A stretch of DNA of 49,085 nucleotides, taken from the NCBI GenBank assembly GCA_040386535.1, contig JAZKFH010000053.1, forward strand, positions 71,513-120,597. Reading direction: 5' to 3'. Below are positions 19,885 through 29,676 of the stretch, in pieces. The stretch is from Myxococcota bacterium. Lineage in GTDB: Bacteria > Myxococcota_A > UBA796 > SXON01. The position numbers and the translations under genes are program-made. The notes beneath the pieces were generated by a model that saw only the letters and a program-made list of their open reading frames with translations, had not been told where the DNA came from and did no database searches. Within the stretch, counting starts at the first letter, position 1. Each line of letters starts with the position of its first letter.

Positions 19885-20336
19885 CAGCGCTGCACTCCGT
19901 CGCCGAGCTGGCCGTCCGTCTTCGGCGGCCACGCGAGCCAGGAAGCCAGGAGGATCACGACGTTCCCCAGGACCTGGAAATAGACTTGTGGTCCAAAGTC
20001 ATCGAGGCTCTGGCCAGGCTTCAAGAACTCGGGGTCGGTCCAGGCGATACCGGGAACGGTGTACGCCGCGGCTTGCGCCCAATACAACACACCTCCTGTT
20101 ATGGCAGCCGCCGATACGTTCGTTCGCCGGTCACCGGACTTTCGCCAGGTGAAGAAGAGTGTGGCCGCTGCGAGGAACACGCCGAACGCCAGCGTCTGAC
20201 CGTTGTGAAACTTGGCGTGTGGTGACCACCGGGGATTGAAGATATGACTGGCGTTCCAATCAGCGAGGAAACCTCCAACGGCAATTCCTGCAGCATTGAC
20301 AGTGAAGATGCATCGCGCGATGAGTTGCTTGTTCAT
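19884..20336 (-). CDS. Membrane protein, DUF6640-like
   Basis: ADWN.SHIFNP.W.PHAKFH.GQT motif, 4 TM; TGATG-coupled to the MDR gene. Confidence 0.75.
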   Translation of the reverse strand: MNKQLIARCIFTVNAAGIAVGGFLADWNASHIFNPRWSPHAKFHNGQTLAFGVFLAAATLFFTWRKSGDRRTNVSAAAITGGVLYWAQAAAYTVPGIAWTDPEFLKPGQSLDDFGPQVYFQVLGNVVILLASWLAWPPKTDGQLGDGVQR

Positions 20337-20407
20337 TCGGACAAGATAGGCGACGTCCTTTGGACGCGCTATGCTGCGGCGTCCGAGTTTTGTTGGAGGT
20401 CGTCCAG

Positions 20408-21340
20408 ATGGATCCCTTGTCCGATGTCATCTCGTTCCTGCAACTGCGGAGCTACCGCGTCGGCGGCTTCGAGGCCGGCGGCCAGTGGTCGGTCGGCTTC
20501 GACGGCTATGAGGCGATCAAGTGTTACGCCGTTACGGCAGGTGCGTGCTGGATCGCGGTCGAGGGCGCTGGCGAGCCGAAGTTCCTTCAGCAGGGCGACT
20601 GCGTGTTGTTGCCGCACGGGCGGCCGTTCCAGATCGCGAGCGACCTGGCGCTCCCCGCTGACGATTGGCGCCGTCACTTCCTCGGCGTCGAGGAGGGTGC
20701 GGTCGTCAAGCTGAACGCTGGCGTGGGTGTGACGCTGCTGGGCAGCCACTTCCAACTCGCGGGGTGGCAGGCGGAGCTCCTGCTCGGCGTGCTGCCGCCC
20801 CTCATCCACCTGCACGAGCAAACCGACCGTGAGAGGTTGTGGTGGGCCTTCGATCGACTGCGGCAGGAGCTGACCGATCTTCAGCCCGGCGGCATCTTGA
20901 TCGCCCAGCAGCTCGCGTGCATGACCTTCGTTCAGGCGCTCCGTCTCTACCTCGACGAGGGCAAGAGCGTCGGTTGGCTGTTCGCGCTCTCAGACAAACA
21001 TGTGGGGGCGGCGATCGCAGCGATGCATCGCCAGCCGGCACGCCGTTGGACGGTGGCCGGGCTGGCCGACGAGGTCGGAATGTCACGATCCGCGTTTGCC
21101 GCGCGGTTTGCGGCGTTGGTGGGTGAGGGGTCCATCGAGTATCTGACGCGCTGGCGGATGCTGCTCGCCGGACGCAGCCTGTCGCGCGGGGAATCCGTCG
21201 GTACGATCGCCCACTCGCTCGGCTACGAATCCGAAAGCGCATTCCGGACGGCGTTCAAGCGCGTGACCGGCCAGACGCCCCGTCAGCACGCTCGTCTCGG
21301 CACAGCATCCGAGCACGAGACCGATCCGTACGGTCCCTAG
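20408..21340 (+). CDS. AraC family regulator with cupin domain
   Basis: MDPLSDV, WT...LA..VGMSRSAFA.RF, YLT.WRM, GYESESAF..AFKR. Confidence 0.93.
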   Translation: MDPLSDVISFLQLRSYRVGGFEAGGQWSVGFDGYEAIKCYAVTAGACWIAVEGAGEPKFLQQGDCVLLPHGRPFQIASDLALPADDWRRHFLGVEEGAVVKLNAGVGVTLLGSHFQLAGWQAELLLGVLPPLIHLHEQTDRERLWWAFDRLRQELTDLQPGGILIAQQLACMTFVQALRLYLDEGKSVGWLFALSDKHVGAAIAAMHRQPARRWTVAGLADEVGMSRSAFAARFAALVGEGSIEYLTRWRMLLAGRSLSRGESVGTIAHSLGYESESAFRTAFKRVTGQTPRQHARLGTASEHETDPYGP

Positions 21341-21390
21341 TTTTAGGGAAGTGACGGCGCAGGCATGCAAGCGGTACGACCCGCACCCAC

Positions 21391-22989
21391 ATGCACCACA
21401 CGCCTGCACTCACCCTCGTCGACCACGTCTCCAGTCGGATCTCGCCCCTGTGTGACGCGCTGGGGTTGGACGCGCCGCAGGTCGTCGAGACGTTTCGCGA
21501 GCTCGTCTCCCCTTGGGCCGCCGCGCCGGCCGACGCGTCGGGGTGGCCGTCGGAGATCGCCGACGACAACACGCCCATCGAGCTTTCCGTCGCGCTCGAG
21601 CGTGATGCGGCCGCGCTCCGCGTGTTGTTCGAGCCGCAGGCTCAGGAGTCCACGCTCGCGGGGTTGCGCGAGGCCGGGCTCGCGTTCCACGACCGCCTGG
21701 AAGCGCGGTACGACGCCGACTTGAGCCGGTTCAACCGCCTGCGCGACGTGTTCCTGCCCGCCGACATGCAGGGACGCTTCGCCGCGTGGAGCTCGGTCGT
21801 GTTCGCGCGGGGCGAGCGGCCGTCGTTCAAGTCGTACCTCAATCCCAATGCCCAGGGCGCGGCCCTCGCGCCCGCGCTCGTCGAGGAGGCGCTCGCGCGG
21901 CTCGATCTGCGGCATGCCGGGGCGAACCTCCGCGAGGCCGCCACCCAGCGCGGCCCGTTTCTCGACGAGCTGAAATACTTCGCGCTCGACCTCACGCGGC
22001 ACGCACACGCCCGGGTGAAGGTCTACGTGCACCACCACGGCGCGACCGCGAGCGACCTCGAAGCGGCCTGCGCGGCATCGCGCAACCACGCGAGCGGCGA
22101 GGTCCTCGCGTTCGCCCGCGCCATGTGCCGCGGCGACGAGCCCATGCGTGCGCGCGCGCCGTTCACGTGCCACGCGTTCACGAGCGAACGTCCCGACCGC
22201 GCGACGACCACCGTGTACGTCCCGGTCTGCGCGTACGCGCATGACGATGCCGAGGCCTACAGACGGGTGGTCGCCTGGCTCGAAGAGCGCGGGATGGACC
22301 CGACGCCGTACCGCCGGGTCGTCCTCGACGCCGCGGCGCGCTCGCTCGATGCGGGAGTGGGCCTCCAGAGCTGGATCGCGCTCCGCAACGACGGGGACCA
22401 CCCACGCCTGACGGTCTACCTCGCGACCGAGGCGCGGCACGTCCATCCGCCCGGGACCATCCCCGCGCCGTCGCCGGATCCGCTGCGGCTCGATGTGGAG
22501 GAGGACGCCATCCGTCTGCTCGACCGGCGGCCGCTCACCCTGCACCCGTTCGTGCGACGCCTCGAGGGCGAGCCGCGGTTGGCCGTCCTGTTGCTCGTCC
22601 GCGCGCTACACGAGGCGCTCGCGCCGCCGCAGGAGGCCTCCGGATCCTTCACCGGCCTGACCGCGCTCGACGGGCTCGCGAACGCGTACCTGCGTCCGAC
22701 GGACGAACGGAGCGAACCCGGTCGACGGGCGCGCGAACGTCTCCTGGGCCTCCGGGCCCGCGGCGGGGACGAAGCGCGCGGCGCGCTCCTCGCGGCAGAT
22801 CGTGCCGCCGGGCAGCTCGCCGAGAGGGCGGCGCACCTCCTCCTCGGCGGCGATGCCGAGCGCGCCCCTGTCCCGACGCGCCCGCACGAGAATTCCGAGG
22901 CGTTCACCCGCGGCGTGGCCGGCGCGCACGCGACGATCTGGCGCCTGCTCGACGAGCTCGATGCCCGCGTGCCCGCGGAGGTCTCGTGA
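21391..22989 (+). CDS. DMATS-type (tryptophan dimethylallyltransferase family) prenyltransferase with extra C-terminal helical domain
   Basis: SEIADDNTPIELS, FKSYLNP, YFALDL....ARVKVY, TVYVPV..YA.DD, QSWIAL, RLTVYL; about 170-aa extension beginning LHPFVRRL. Confidence 0.82.
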   Translation: MHHTPALTLVDHVSSRISPLCDALGLDAPQVVETFRELVSPWAAAPADASGWPSEIADDNTPIELSVALERDAAALRVLFEPQAQESTLAGLREAGLAFHDRLEARYDADLSRFNRLRDVFLPADMQGRFAAWSSVVFARGERPSFKSYLNPNAQGAALAPALVEEALARLDLRHAGANLREAATQRGPFLDELKYFALDLTRHAHARVKVYVHHHGATASDLEAACAASRNHASGEVLAFARAMCRGDEPMRARAPFTCHAFTSERPDRATTTVYVPVCAYAHDDAEAYRRVVAWLEERGMDPTPYRRVVLDAAARSLDAGVGLQSWIALRNDGDHPRLTVYLATEARHVHPPGTIPAPSPDPLRLDVEEDAIRLLDRRPLTLHPFVRRLEGEPRLAVLLLVRALHEALAPPQEASGSFTGLTALDGLANAYLRPTDERSEPGRRARERLLGLRARGGDEARGALLAADRAAGQLAERAAHLLLGGDAERAPVPTRPHENSEAFTRGVAGAHATIWRLLDELDARVPAEVS

Positions 22990-24326
22990 CGATTCCCGGG
23001 TTTCGCGGGCCTCAGATCGATTCCACGCACTCGGACCATGACGCGGCACGTCGTGTCTGGAACGGCGCGTTCGATCGGCGCCCGGCGCTTGTCGCGCAGT
23101 GCCTCGACGCGGCCGACGTGTGCGCCGCCGTCGCCCATGCGCGGCGCAATGGCCTGCCCGTGTCGGTGCGCGGAGGCGGACACAGCCTCGCCGGCCACGG
23201 CGTGTGCGACGACGGCGTGGTGATCGACCTGCGGCGCATCAACGGGATCACCGTAGACCCCGACGCGCGTGTCGCGGCCGTCGGCGGAGGCGCGTGTTGG
23301 GCCGACTTCGACGCGGCCACGCGACCCTACGAGCTCGGAACCCCGGGGGGTGACACCTCTACGGTTGGGGTGGCCGGGCTCACGCTCGGCGGGGGGCTCG
23401 GCTGGTTGACACGTTTGTACGGCATGGCGAGCGACAACCTCGTCGGCGCGGACCTCGTCACGGCGGACGGCGAACGCCTCCACGTCGACGACCGTGCACA
23501 CCCCGATCTCTTCTGGGCGTTGCGCGGCGGGGGCGGCAACTTCGGGGTCGTCACCGAGCTCCGGTTTCGGCTGCACCCGGTACCGCCGACCCTGCTCGCC
23601 GGCGTCCTCTGCTACCCCGTCGCCCAGGCCGTCGAGGTCCTCGGGCGCATCGAGGAGCTGACGCCGGCGCTGCCGGACGAGGTGTCGTGGGCCGCGGCCT
23701 TCCACACCGGGCCGGAGGGTAGGCCGATGCTCGCCGTCCGGCTCTGCTACGTCGGGGCGCCCGACGAGCGGGCGAAGGCGGCGCTCGCGCCGATCCGCGC
23801 GCTCGGGACGCCCCAACTCGATACCGTCGCGCCCATGGCGTACGCGGCCTTGCAGCGGCTCACCGACGCGAACGCGCCGTATGGGAAGCCCTACGCGAGC
23901 GCGAGCGAGTGGCTCACTCACTTGGGTCCCGCGAGCATCACGGGACTCGCGGAGTCGGCGGTGAGGGCGACGTCGCCGTTGTCGCTCTCGCTGATCAACC
24001 CGATGGGCGGCGCGGTCGCGCGGCTCCCCCACGACGCGACCGCCTTCGCGTACCGGCACGCGCCCTACGTCGCCACGATCATCGCGGGATGGGCGTCGGC
24101 CACCGAGGACCCGCGGCCCCATCGCGCGTGGGCACGCGACCTCTGGACGGCGCTGCTGCCCGCCTCGGCGGGCGGCGGCTACGTCAACATCCTCGGCGAC
24201 GAGGGGCCCGAGCGGGTCCAGAGCGCCTACGGGCCGCGCACGTACGGGCGGCTCGTCCAGGTGAAGGAACGCTACGACCCGACGAACCTGTTCCACAACA
24301 ATCAGAACATCCGGCCGCGCACATGA
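22986..24326 (+). CDS. FAD-linked oxidase, berberine-bridge-enzyme-like
   Basis: VRGGGHS covalent-FAD His motif, GLTLGGG.G, DLFWALRGGGGNFGVVT, YVN, K..YDP.NLF. Confidence 0.93.
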   Translation: MTIPGFRGPQIDSTHSDHDAARRVWNGAFDRRPALVAQCLDAADVCAAVAHARRNGLPVSVRGGGHSLAGHGVCDDGVVIDLRRINGITVDPDARVAAVGGGACWADFDAATRPYELGTPGGDTSTVGVAGLTLGGGLGWLTRLYGMASDNLVGADLVTADGERLHVDDRAHPDLFWALRGGGGNFGVVTELRFRLHPVPPTLLAGVLCYPVAQAVEVLGRIEELTPALPDEVSWAAAFHTGPEGRPMLAVRLCYVGAPDERAKAALAPIRALGTPQLDTVAPMAYAALQRLTDANAPYGKPYASASEWLTHLGPASITGLAESAVRATSPLSLSLINPMGGAVARLPHDATAFAYRHAPYVATIIAGWASATEDPRPHRAWARDLWTALLPASAGGGYVNILGDEGPERVQSAYGPRTYGRLVQVKERYDPTNLFHNNQNIRPRT

Positions 24327-25042
24327 GACACATCCAAGCCTACGCCGAGACACGCCACGCGGACCTCGTCGACGAGCCGTTGTTCCGCACGTTCGCGAGC
24401 GATCCGCCCATCACGCGCACGCTGCAGATCCTGCCGTCCCTGACCTTCTGGTCGCTGGCGTTCCAGGACCTCATGGCGCTGAACCTCCGACACATGCGCG
24501 ACCCGACGCTGCGCGCGATCGCCGAGACCCATCACCACGAAGACTCTGGGCACGAGGTTTGGTTCCTCCACGACCTGCGGCTGATCCACGGGGAGCTTCC
24601 CGACCTCCCGGAGCTCTTCGACGGGGAGACCCTCGGGGCGCGTGACATCGCGTACGCGCTGGTGTCGGAGGTCTACCGCTGCGAGTCCGACTGGGAGCGG
24701 CTCGCGCTCCCGATCGTGCTCGAGGAGGGTGCGAAGATCTTCCTGCCGGCGCTCATCGCACATTTCGACCGCGCGGGGCTCGGGCAGCGCCTCAAGTCGC
24801 TCGGCCGTCTGCATACCGACACCGAGGCCGAGCACACGCTGCACGGCGACGACGCCGCGTCGTTGGCGGCGATGGAAGCGCCCGATTTTGCGCGTGCGCG
24901 CGCGCGGGAGATGACGGATCGCGTCCGGCAGGTGTTCGTCCGCTTCGCGCGGCGCCTCGACCACGTCGTCACGAACAGTTCGCCGGAGCGCGAACGCGTG
25001 CTGGCGCGTCGCCTCGCCGAGATCGTTGGTGACGGGGCTTGA
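24323..25042 (+). CDS. Heme-oxygenase-like diiron (iron-containing redox) protein
   Basis: Helical; H..EDSGH..WF..DL, LEE and H...E..H candidate metal ligands; ATGA overlap with the BBE gene. Confidence 0.65.
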   Translation: MRHIQAYAETRHADLVDEPLFRTFASDPPITRTLQILPSLTFWSLAFQDLMALNLRHMRDPTLRAIAETHHHEDSGHEVWFLHDLRLIHGELPDLPELFDGETLGARDIAYALVSEVYRCESDWERLALPIVLEEGAKIFLPALIAHFDRAGLGQRLKSLGRLHTDTEAEHTLHGDDAASLAAMEAPDFARARAREMTDRVRQVFVRFARRLDHVVTNSSPERERVLARRLAEIVGDGA

Positions 25043-25847
25043 CGCCCACGCCCGTATACTCGACCTCGTGGCGACGCCGAACACTGAACACCTCCGGAAT
25101 GGCGACGTTCGGCGGCTGCTCAGCCTCCTCGTAGAGGTCATCGACGTCCCGGAGTTGGAGCGCCCCGCCCACCTGATCGGCAGCCTCCGGCAGATGATCG
25201 GCGCGGACGTCGGCGGGTGCCTGATCGACTACGACTTCGCGCCCGACGGGCGCGGGGCGCTGGCGGCCGTCGTGATGGACAATTGGGACGCCGCGACGTT
25301 GCGCGTGATCGAGGCGGTGTCACAACGCGGGAGCGCGTTCAACCCAGGCCTCCTCGCGTTGATGCAGGCCTGCCCGATGCGCCCGGGTGCCATCATGACC
25401 GGCGAGCGCCAACACCTGGTCGAAGACCGCGGGTGGTACGGAACGCCGTACGTGGAGGACTTCATGCTGCCCGCGCACCTCGACCACGGGCTCTTCTCGG
25501 CCGCGCGCGGCGCGGAGCCCTCGGTGGTGCAAGGAATCGGGTTCTTCCGGGAGAAGGGCGCGCGCCCGTTCGATGAAGGCGACCGCGCGATCGTTCACGT
25601 GTTCCACCTTGAATGTGCACGACTGCTACGCCCGCGCACTCCCGTCCCGAACGAGGTCCTCAGGGCGCAACTCACGCCCCGCGCGCGCGGAACCCTCGCG
25701 CTCCTGCTCGAGGGCCACGCCGACAAGGAGATCGCGGCGAGGCTCGCGATCAGCCCCTTCACGGTGAACCAATACAGCAAGGTGATCTACCGGAAGTTCG
25801 ACGTCCACTCGCGCGCGGCCCTGATCGCGAAGCTTGGTTCCCGCTGA
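25026..25847 (+). CDS. LuxR-family regulator with N-terminal GAF/ligand-binding-like domain
   Basis: LTPR....L.LL.EG.ADKEIA.RL.IS..TV....K.IY.K..V.SR. Confidence 0.88.
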   Translation: MVTGLDAHARILDLVATPNTEHLRNGDVRRLLSLLVEVIDVPELERPAHLIGSLRQMIGADVGGCLIDYDFAPDGRGALAAVVMDNWDAATLRVIEAVSQRGSAFNPGLLALMQACPMRPGAIMTGERQHLVEDRGWYGTPYVEDFMLPAHLDHGLFSAARGAEPSVVQGIGFFREKGARPFDEGDRAIVHVFHLECARLLRPRTPVPNEVLRAQLTPRARGTLALLLEGHADKEIAARLAISPFTVNQYSKVIYRKFDVHSRAALIAKLGSR

Positions 25848-25916
25848 CCCAGACGGAGGGTGTGTCCGTACCAGCCCGGAGGACGATGCGATAGCGGCGG
25901 CCCGGCGGCCCGGCGG

Positions 25917-26048
25917 CCCGGCGGCGCGGACGCCGCCGTCGGGTCGGCTCCAGGCGCGCGCTTCGCGCTTGGTCCGCCGGGGCTCCCAGGGCGGAGCCCC
26001 GGCGGGACCGGCCGCGCGGACGCGGCCGCCTTGCGCGCCCCTGGCCGG
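25917..26048. repeat. Structured interspersed repeat family A, copy 2
   Basis: Direct repeat of 17244-17371 with compensatory changes in the central stem. Confidence 0.85.
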
Positions 26049-26310
26049 TCACGGGATGTGTCCGTCCTCCACGCAGGACCAATCGGCTCCCTGTCACCGA
26101 ATGTCTTCGCCCTCGCCACGACCGTGACAAACGCCCGTCCCCCGCCGAATGTCCGCCGCTTGTGTGAGCCCGTCACGAAAGATCGTGACACCGCCCGGAC
26201 GCTCCAGTCGGAGGTACAACGGCGTCACCAAAGCGACGGTGCGGTTCCGCCGGGTCCTCTTCGGAGACGGCGCCGCATCTCCCACCCCTTCTGATTTCGC
26301 GAGGTTCCCC

Positions 26311-27081
26311 ATGGGTTCGATGTCCACCGGTCACGCCCTCCCCCTCGCCGCTCGCCGCCCCTCCGCCCCGGCGCCGACGCTCTCGGCGCGTGACCGGCTC
26401 ATCCTCGAGCATCACGACATGGTGCGTGGGATCGCCCGCCGCATGGCCCGCACGCTCCCCGCCTCGGTCGAGGTCGACGAGCTCGTCAACATCGGGCTGC
26501 TCGGCCTCATCGACGCGGTCGACCGCTACGACATCGCCCGCGGTGTGCCCTTCCGCGCCTATGCGGAGATCCGCATCCGGGGCGCCATCGTCGACTCCCT
26601 CCGCGGCGCCGACTGGACCCCCCGCGGCGTGCGCCAGGCCGGCGGTCGGCTCGACGCGGCGCGCGCCCACCTCCGGACCACGCTGGGGCGGCCGCCGCGG
26701 CGCGAGGAGGTCGCCGCGGAGCTCGGCCTCACCCCCACCGAGTACGATCGCCTCTGCACCCGCTCCGAGCGGCGGCGCGTGGTGTCGCTCGATGCCCCCT
26801 CCAGCGACACCGGCGAGGACGACGCGCTCCTCGGCGAGCTCGTGGCGGACGAAGGCGCCGATAGCGTGCTCGAACGCTGGCTTGCCGCCGAGGCCCACGC
26901 GGGGCTCGCCGAGGCCGTGGAGCGGCTCTCCGAGCGCGAGCGCCTCGTGGTGACCGCCTATTATCAGCGCGGCATCCCCCTTCGGGAGATCGGCGCGAGC
27001 CTCGGGGTTACGGAGAGCCGCGTCTGCCAGATCCACGGCCAGGCCCTCAAGCGTCTTCAGCGGGTGCTCATCTCGGAATGA
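26311..27081 (+). CDS. fliA: FliA/WhiG-family (sigma28) RNA polymerase sigma factor
   Basis: GL.GL.DA.DRYD..RG.PF.AYA..RIRGAI.D.LR..DW.PR, SLD, EIG..LGVTESRVCQIH. Confidence 0.9.
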   Translation: MGSMSTGHALPLAARRPSAPAPTLSARDRLILEHHDMVRGIARRMARTLPASVEVDELVNIGLLGLIDAVDRYDIARGVPFRAYAEIRIRGAIVDSLRGADWTPRGVRQAGGRLDAARAHLRTTLGRPPRREEVAAELGLTPTEYDRLCTRSERRRVVSLDAPSSDTGEDDALLGELVADEGADSVLERWLAAEAHAGLAEAVERLSERERLVVTAYYQRGIPLREIGASLGVTESRVCQIHGQALKRLQRVLISE

Positions 27082-27818
27082 AACCTCCCCGGCCTCCGCC
27101 CCCCCCCTCGGCCCCCGCCGCCATTTTCGGCGCGCTCGTCGAGGCCTCCCTCGCTGAGGGGCTCGGGGTCGGTGCCGAGGTGCGGTGGATCCACGCGGGG
27201 GAGGGCGTCCCGGCGCTCGGATACGCCGAGGTGGCCCAGGTTTCCCCGTCGAGCGTCGAGCTCGTGCTCGAGGCGCCCGCGCGCTTCCGCGTGGACGCGC
27301 GCCTCGTGGTCGAGCCGCGCGGGGGGCGAGGGCCGCGGTGGATCCTCGTGGTCACGGGGGTGTCCGGCCGGAGGGTCGCGGCGCGCCTCGTGTACGCCCC
27401 GCCGGTGGAGCGGCGCGAGTATCCGCGCCTCGAGGGCGAGATCCGGCTCCGGTACGGCGTGAGCGCGGGCGCGGAGGCGGCGTCGGCGTGGATGAACGGC
27501 GGGCCGATGGAGGGCGCCGTGCGGGCCCCCGCCCCCCAGATGGAGTTCAGTGTCACGGGCCTCGCCTTCGTCGACATGCCGCTCCCGCCGGAGTCGGACA
27601 CGCTCCTGATGGAGCTCGGCGTCGCCGACAAGGGCCCCGTGTGGCGGTGTGTCGCGCGGGTCGTCGGGGTCGTCCCGGTCCCCGGCGCTTCGCCACCCGA
27701 CGCCACGCACCGCATCGCGGTCCAATTCGTGGAGATCCCCAAGCCGGCCACGCTCGCCCTGGTCGACTACACGTTGCGCGTGCAGGAGGCGCTCACGGGG
27801 GGCCCGCGGCGGTCGTGA
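27078..27818 (+). CDS. PilZ-domain protein
   Basis: ERREYPR (RxxxR) and EFSVTG (variant of D/NxSxxG), ARVV, IAVQF; ATGA overlap with fliA. Confidence 0.75.
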   Translation: MKPPRPPPPPSAPAAIFGALVEASLAEGLGVGAEVRWIHAGEGVPALGYAEVAQVSPSSVELVLEAPARFRVDARLVVEPRGGRGPRWILVVTGVSGRRVAARLVYAPPVERREYPRLEGEIRLRYGVSAGAEAASAWMNGGPMEGAVRAPAPQMEFSVTGLAFVDMPLPPESDTLLMELGVADKGPVWRCVARVVGVVPVPGASPPDATHRIAVQFVEIPKPATLALVDYTLRVQEALTGGPRRS

Positions 27819-27966
27819 CGGCCGCCTTCGACGGGACGGCTCGACGAACGCGTGGACGGGCTCCTCCTCCGGAAATGATCCCAAGCCCGTCCTCTTGACC
27901 AGAGCGCTTGCCCGTCGGACACTCCCGGCGTCGGCGGACCTCTCTTCCCGCCGCGCGGAGGCGAGC

Positions 27967-29625
27967 ATGAGTCGTTGGGAGCACGAGGCGGACGTGGTGG
28001 TGGTCGGGGCGGGCGGCGCGGCGCTGGCGGCGGCGGTGGCGGCGCTCGAGGAGGGCGCGACGGTGGTGCTTCTCGAGGCGGGGGAGGTTCCGGGCGGGAC
28101 CACGCGCAGCTCGGGCGGCGCGTTCTGGATCCCGAACAACACGCTCATGCGGGCGGCGGGCGTCGAAGACCCCCGGGAGGACGCGCTCCGTCTCATGGCG
28201 CGGCTCTCGTACCCCTCGCTCTACGACCCGGACGCCCCCTTTCTCGGCATCGGCGAACACGCGCACGCGCTCCTCGCGGCCTACTACGACGAGGCCTCCC
28301 CCGCGATCGACACCCTGATGGCGCTCGGCGCCATCGACGCGATCATCCTGCCGTCGCTCGGCGCGTCCCCGAGCCCGGTGTCCGATCCCGACTACCACGC
28401 CGAGCTCCCCGAGAACAAGGCGCCCTACGGCCGCGTCCTCACCGCCGTGACCCCCGCGGGCGCGATGGCGTGGCCAGGCCAGTTCCTCGCCGAGGGGCTC
28501 GCCGCCCATGTCACCGGGCGTGGCGCGCGGATCCTCACCGGGCACCGTGTCACGGGCGTCCGCACCAACGGGCGCGGCGACGTGACCGGGGTGGAGTTCG
28601 AGCACGGCGGGCGCAGCGGCGCCGTGCGGGCGAAGCGGGGGGTGGTGTTCGCGACCGGCGGGTTCGCGCACGATCCGGAGAAGGTGCTCGCCCACCTGCG
28701 CGGCCCCGTCTTCGGAAGCGGCAGCGTCGCCACCGGGACCGGGGTGTTCCTCGACATCGCCACCCAGCTCGGGGCGAAGCTCGGCAACCTCGCGAACGGG
28801 TTCTATTACCAGGTGGCGCTGGAGGAGCTGGTCCAGAACGGCGGCACCGTCCAGAATCCGTTCACCCACTGTTTTCTGCCCTACGGCGACAGCATGGTGC
28901 TGGTGAACAAGTACGGCGAGCGCTGTGTCAACGAGAAGGCGATGTACCACGTGCGCGCCCAGAGCCACTTCCAGTGGGCCGGTACGGAGTACCCCAACCT
29001 CGTCCAATTCCTCATCTACGACCAGGCCGTCGCCGAGGAGCCCACGTTCTGGCCCTGGCGTGGTTGTGTCCCGCTCCCGGGCATGGAGGCGCCGTGGGTC
29101 GTCCGCGGCGAGTCGTTGGAGGAGCTCGCCGCCGGCGTCTCCGCGAAGCTCGAGACGCTCCGGGGCGTCCGCGCCGGCAGCGGCGTCGTGGGGCCGGACG
29201 TGCGCCTCGCGGCCGACATCGTCGCCACGCTCCGCGCCACCATCGAGCGCTTCAACACCTTCGCCACGAGCGGGGTGGACGCCGACTTCCAGCGTGGCGA
29301 GACCCCGATCCAGCCCGCGTGGCAGGGCCCCTCGCGGGGCGCGCCCAACCGCACGATGCACCCGATCGATCTGGACGGTCCGCTCTACTGCGTGCCGCTC
29401 GCCGCCGCGGTCCTCGACACCTGCGGCGGCCCCGTGATCGGGCCGGACGCGCGGGTGGTGCGGGTCGACGGGACGCCCATCGGCGGCCTGTACGGGGCCG
29501 GCAACTGCGTCGCGGGGCCGGTCGGCCAGGGCTACTGGGGCGCGGGCGGCACCATTGGGCCGGCGCTCACGTTCGGCTTCGTCGCGGGCCGGAACGCCGC
29601 GCGTGAAGGCCAGCGTCCCGAGTAG
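27967..29625 (+). CDS. FAD-dependent oxidoreductase, KstD/fumarate-reductase flavoprotein family
   Basis: DVVVVGAG, GGTT..SGG..WIP, LATGGF-like FATGGF, GLYGAGN, YWGAGGTIG. Confidence 0.9.
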   Translation: MSRWEHEADVVVVGAGGAALAAAVAALEEGATVVLLEAGEVPGGTTRSSGGAFWIPNNTLMRAAGVEDPREDALRLMARLSYPSLYDPDAPFLGIGEHAHALLAAYYDEASPAIDTLMALGAIDAIILPSLGASPSPVSDPDYHAELPENKAPYGRVLTAVTPAGAMAWPGQFLAEGLAAHVTGRGARILTGHRVTGVRTNGRGDVTGVEFEHGGRSGAVRAKRGVVFATGGFAHDPEKVLAHLRGPVFGSGSVATGTGVFLDIATQLGAKLGNLANGFYYQVALEELVQNGGTVQNPFTHCFLPYGDSMVLVNKYGERCVNEKAMYHVRAQSHFQWAGTEYPNLVQFLIYDQAVAEEPTFWPWRGCVPLPGMEAPWVVRGESLEELAAGVSAKLETLRGVRAGSGVVGPDVRLAADIVATLRATIERFNTFATSGVDADFQRGETPIQPAWQGPSRGAPNRTMHPIDLDGPLYCVPLAAAVLDTCGGPVIGPDARVVRVDGTPIGGLYGAGNCVAGPVGQGYWGAGGTIGPALTFGFVAGRNAAREGQRPE

Positions 29626-29676
29626 GCTGGGGGGGGGCACCCCGCCCGCCCCCGTTCCAGGCTAGGCTCCCCGACG

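Noticed and set aside
17790..21360. Integron cassette array
   Set aside because: Genes are in mixed orientation, no attC pattern was found and there is no integrase.
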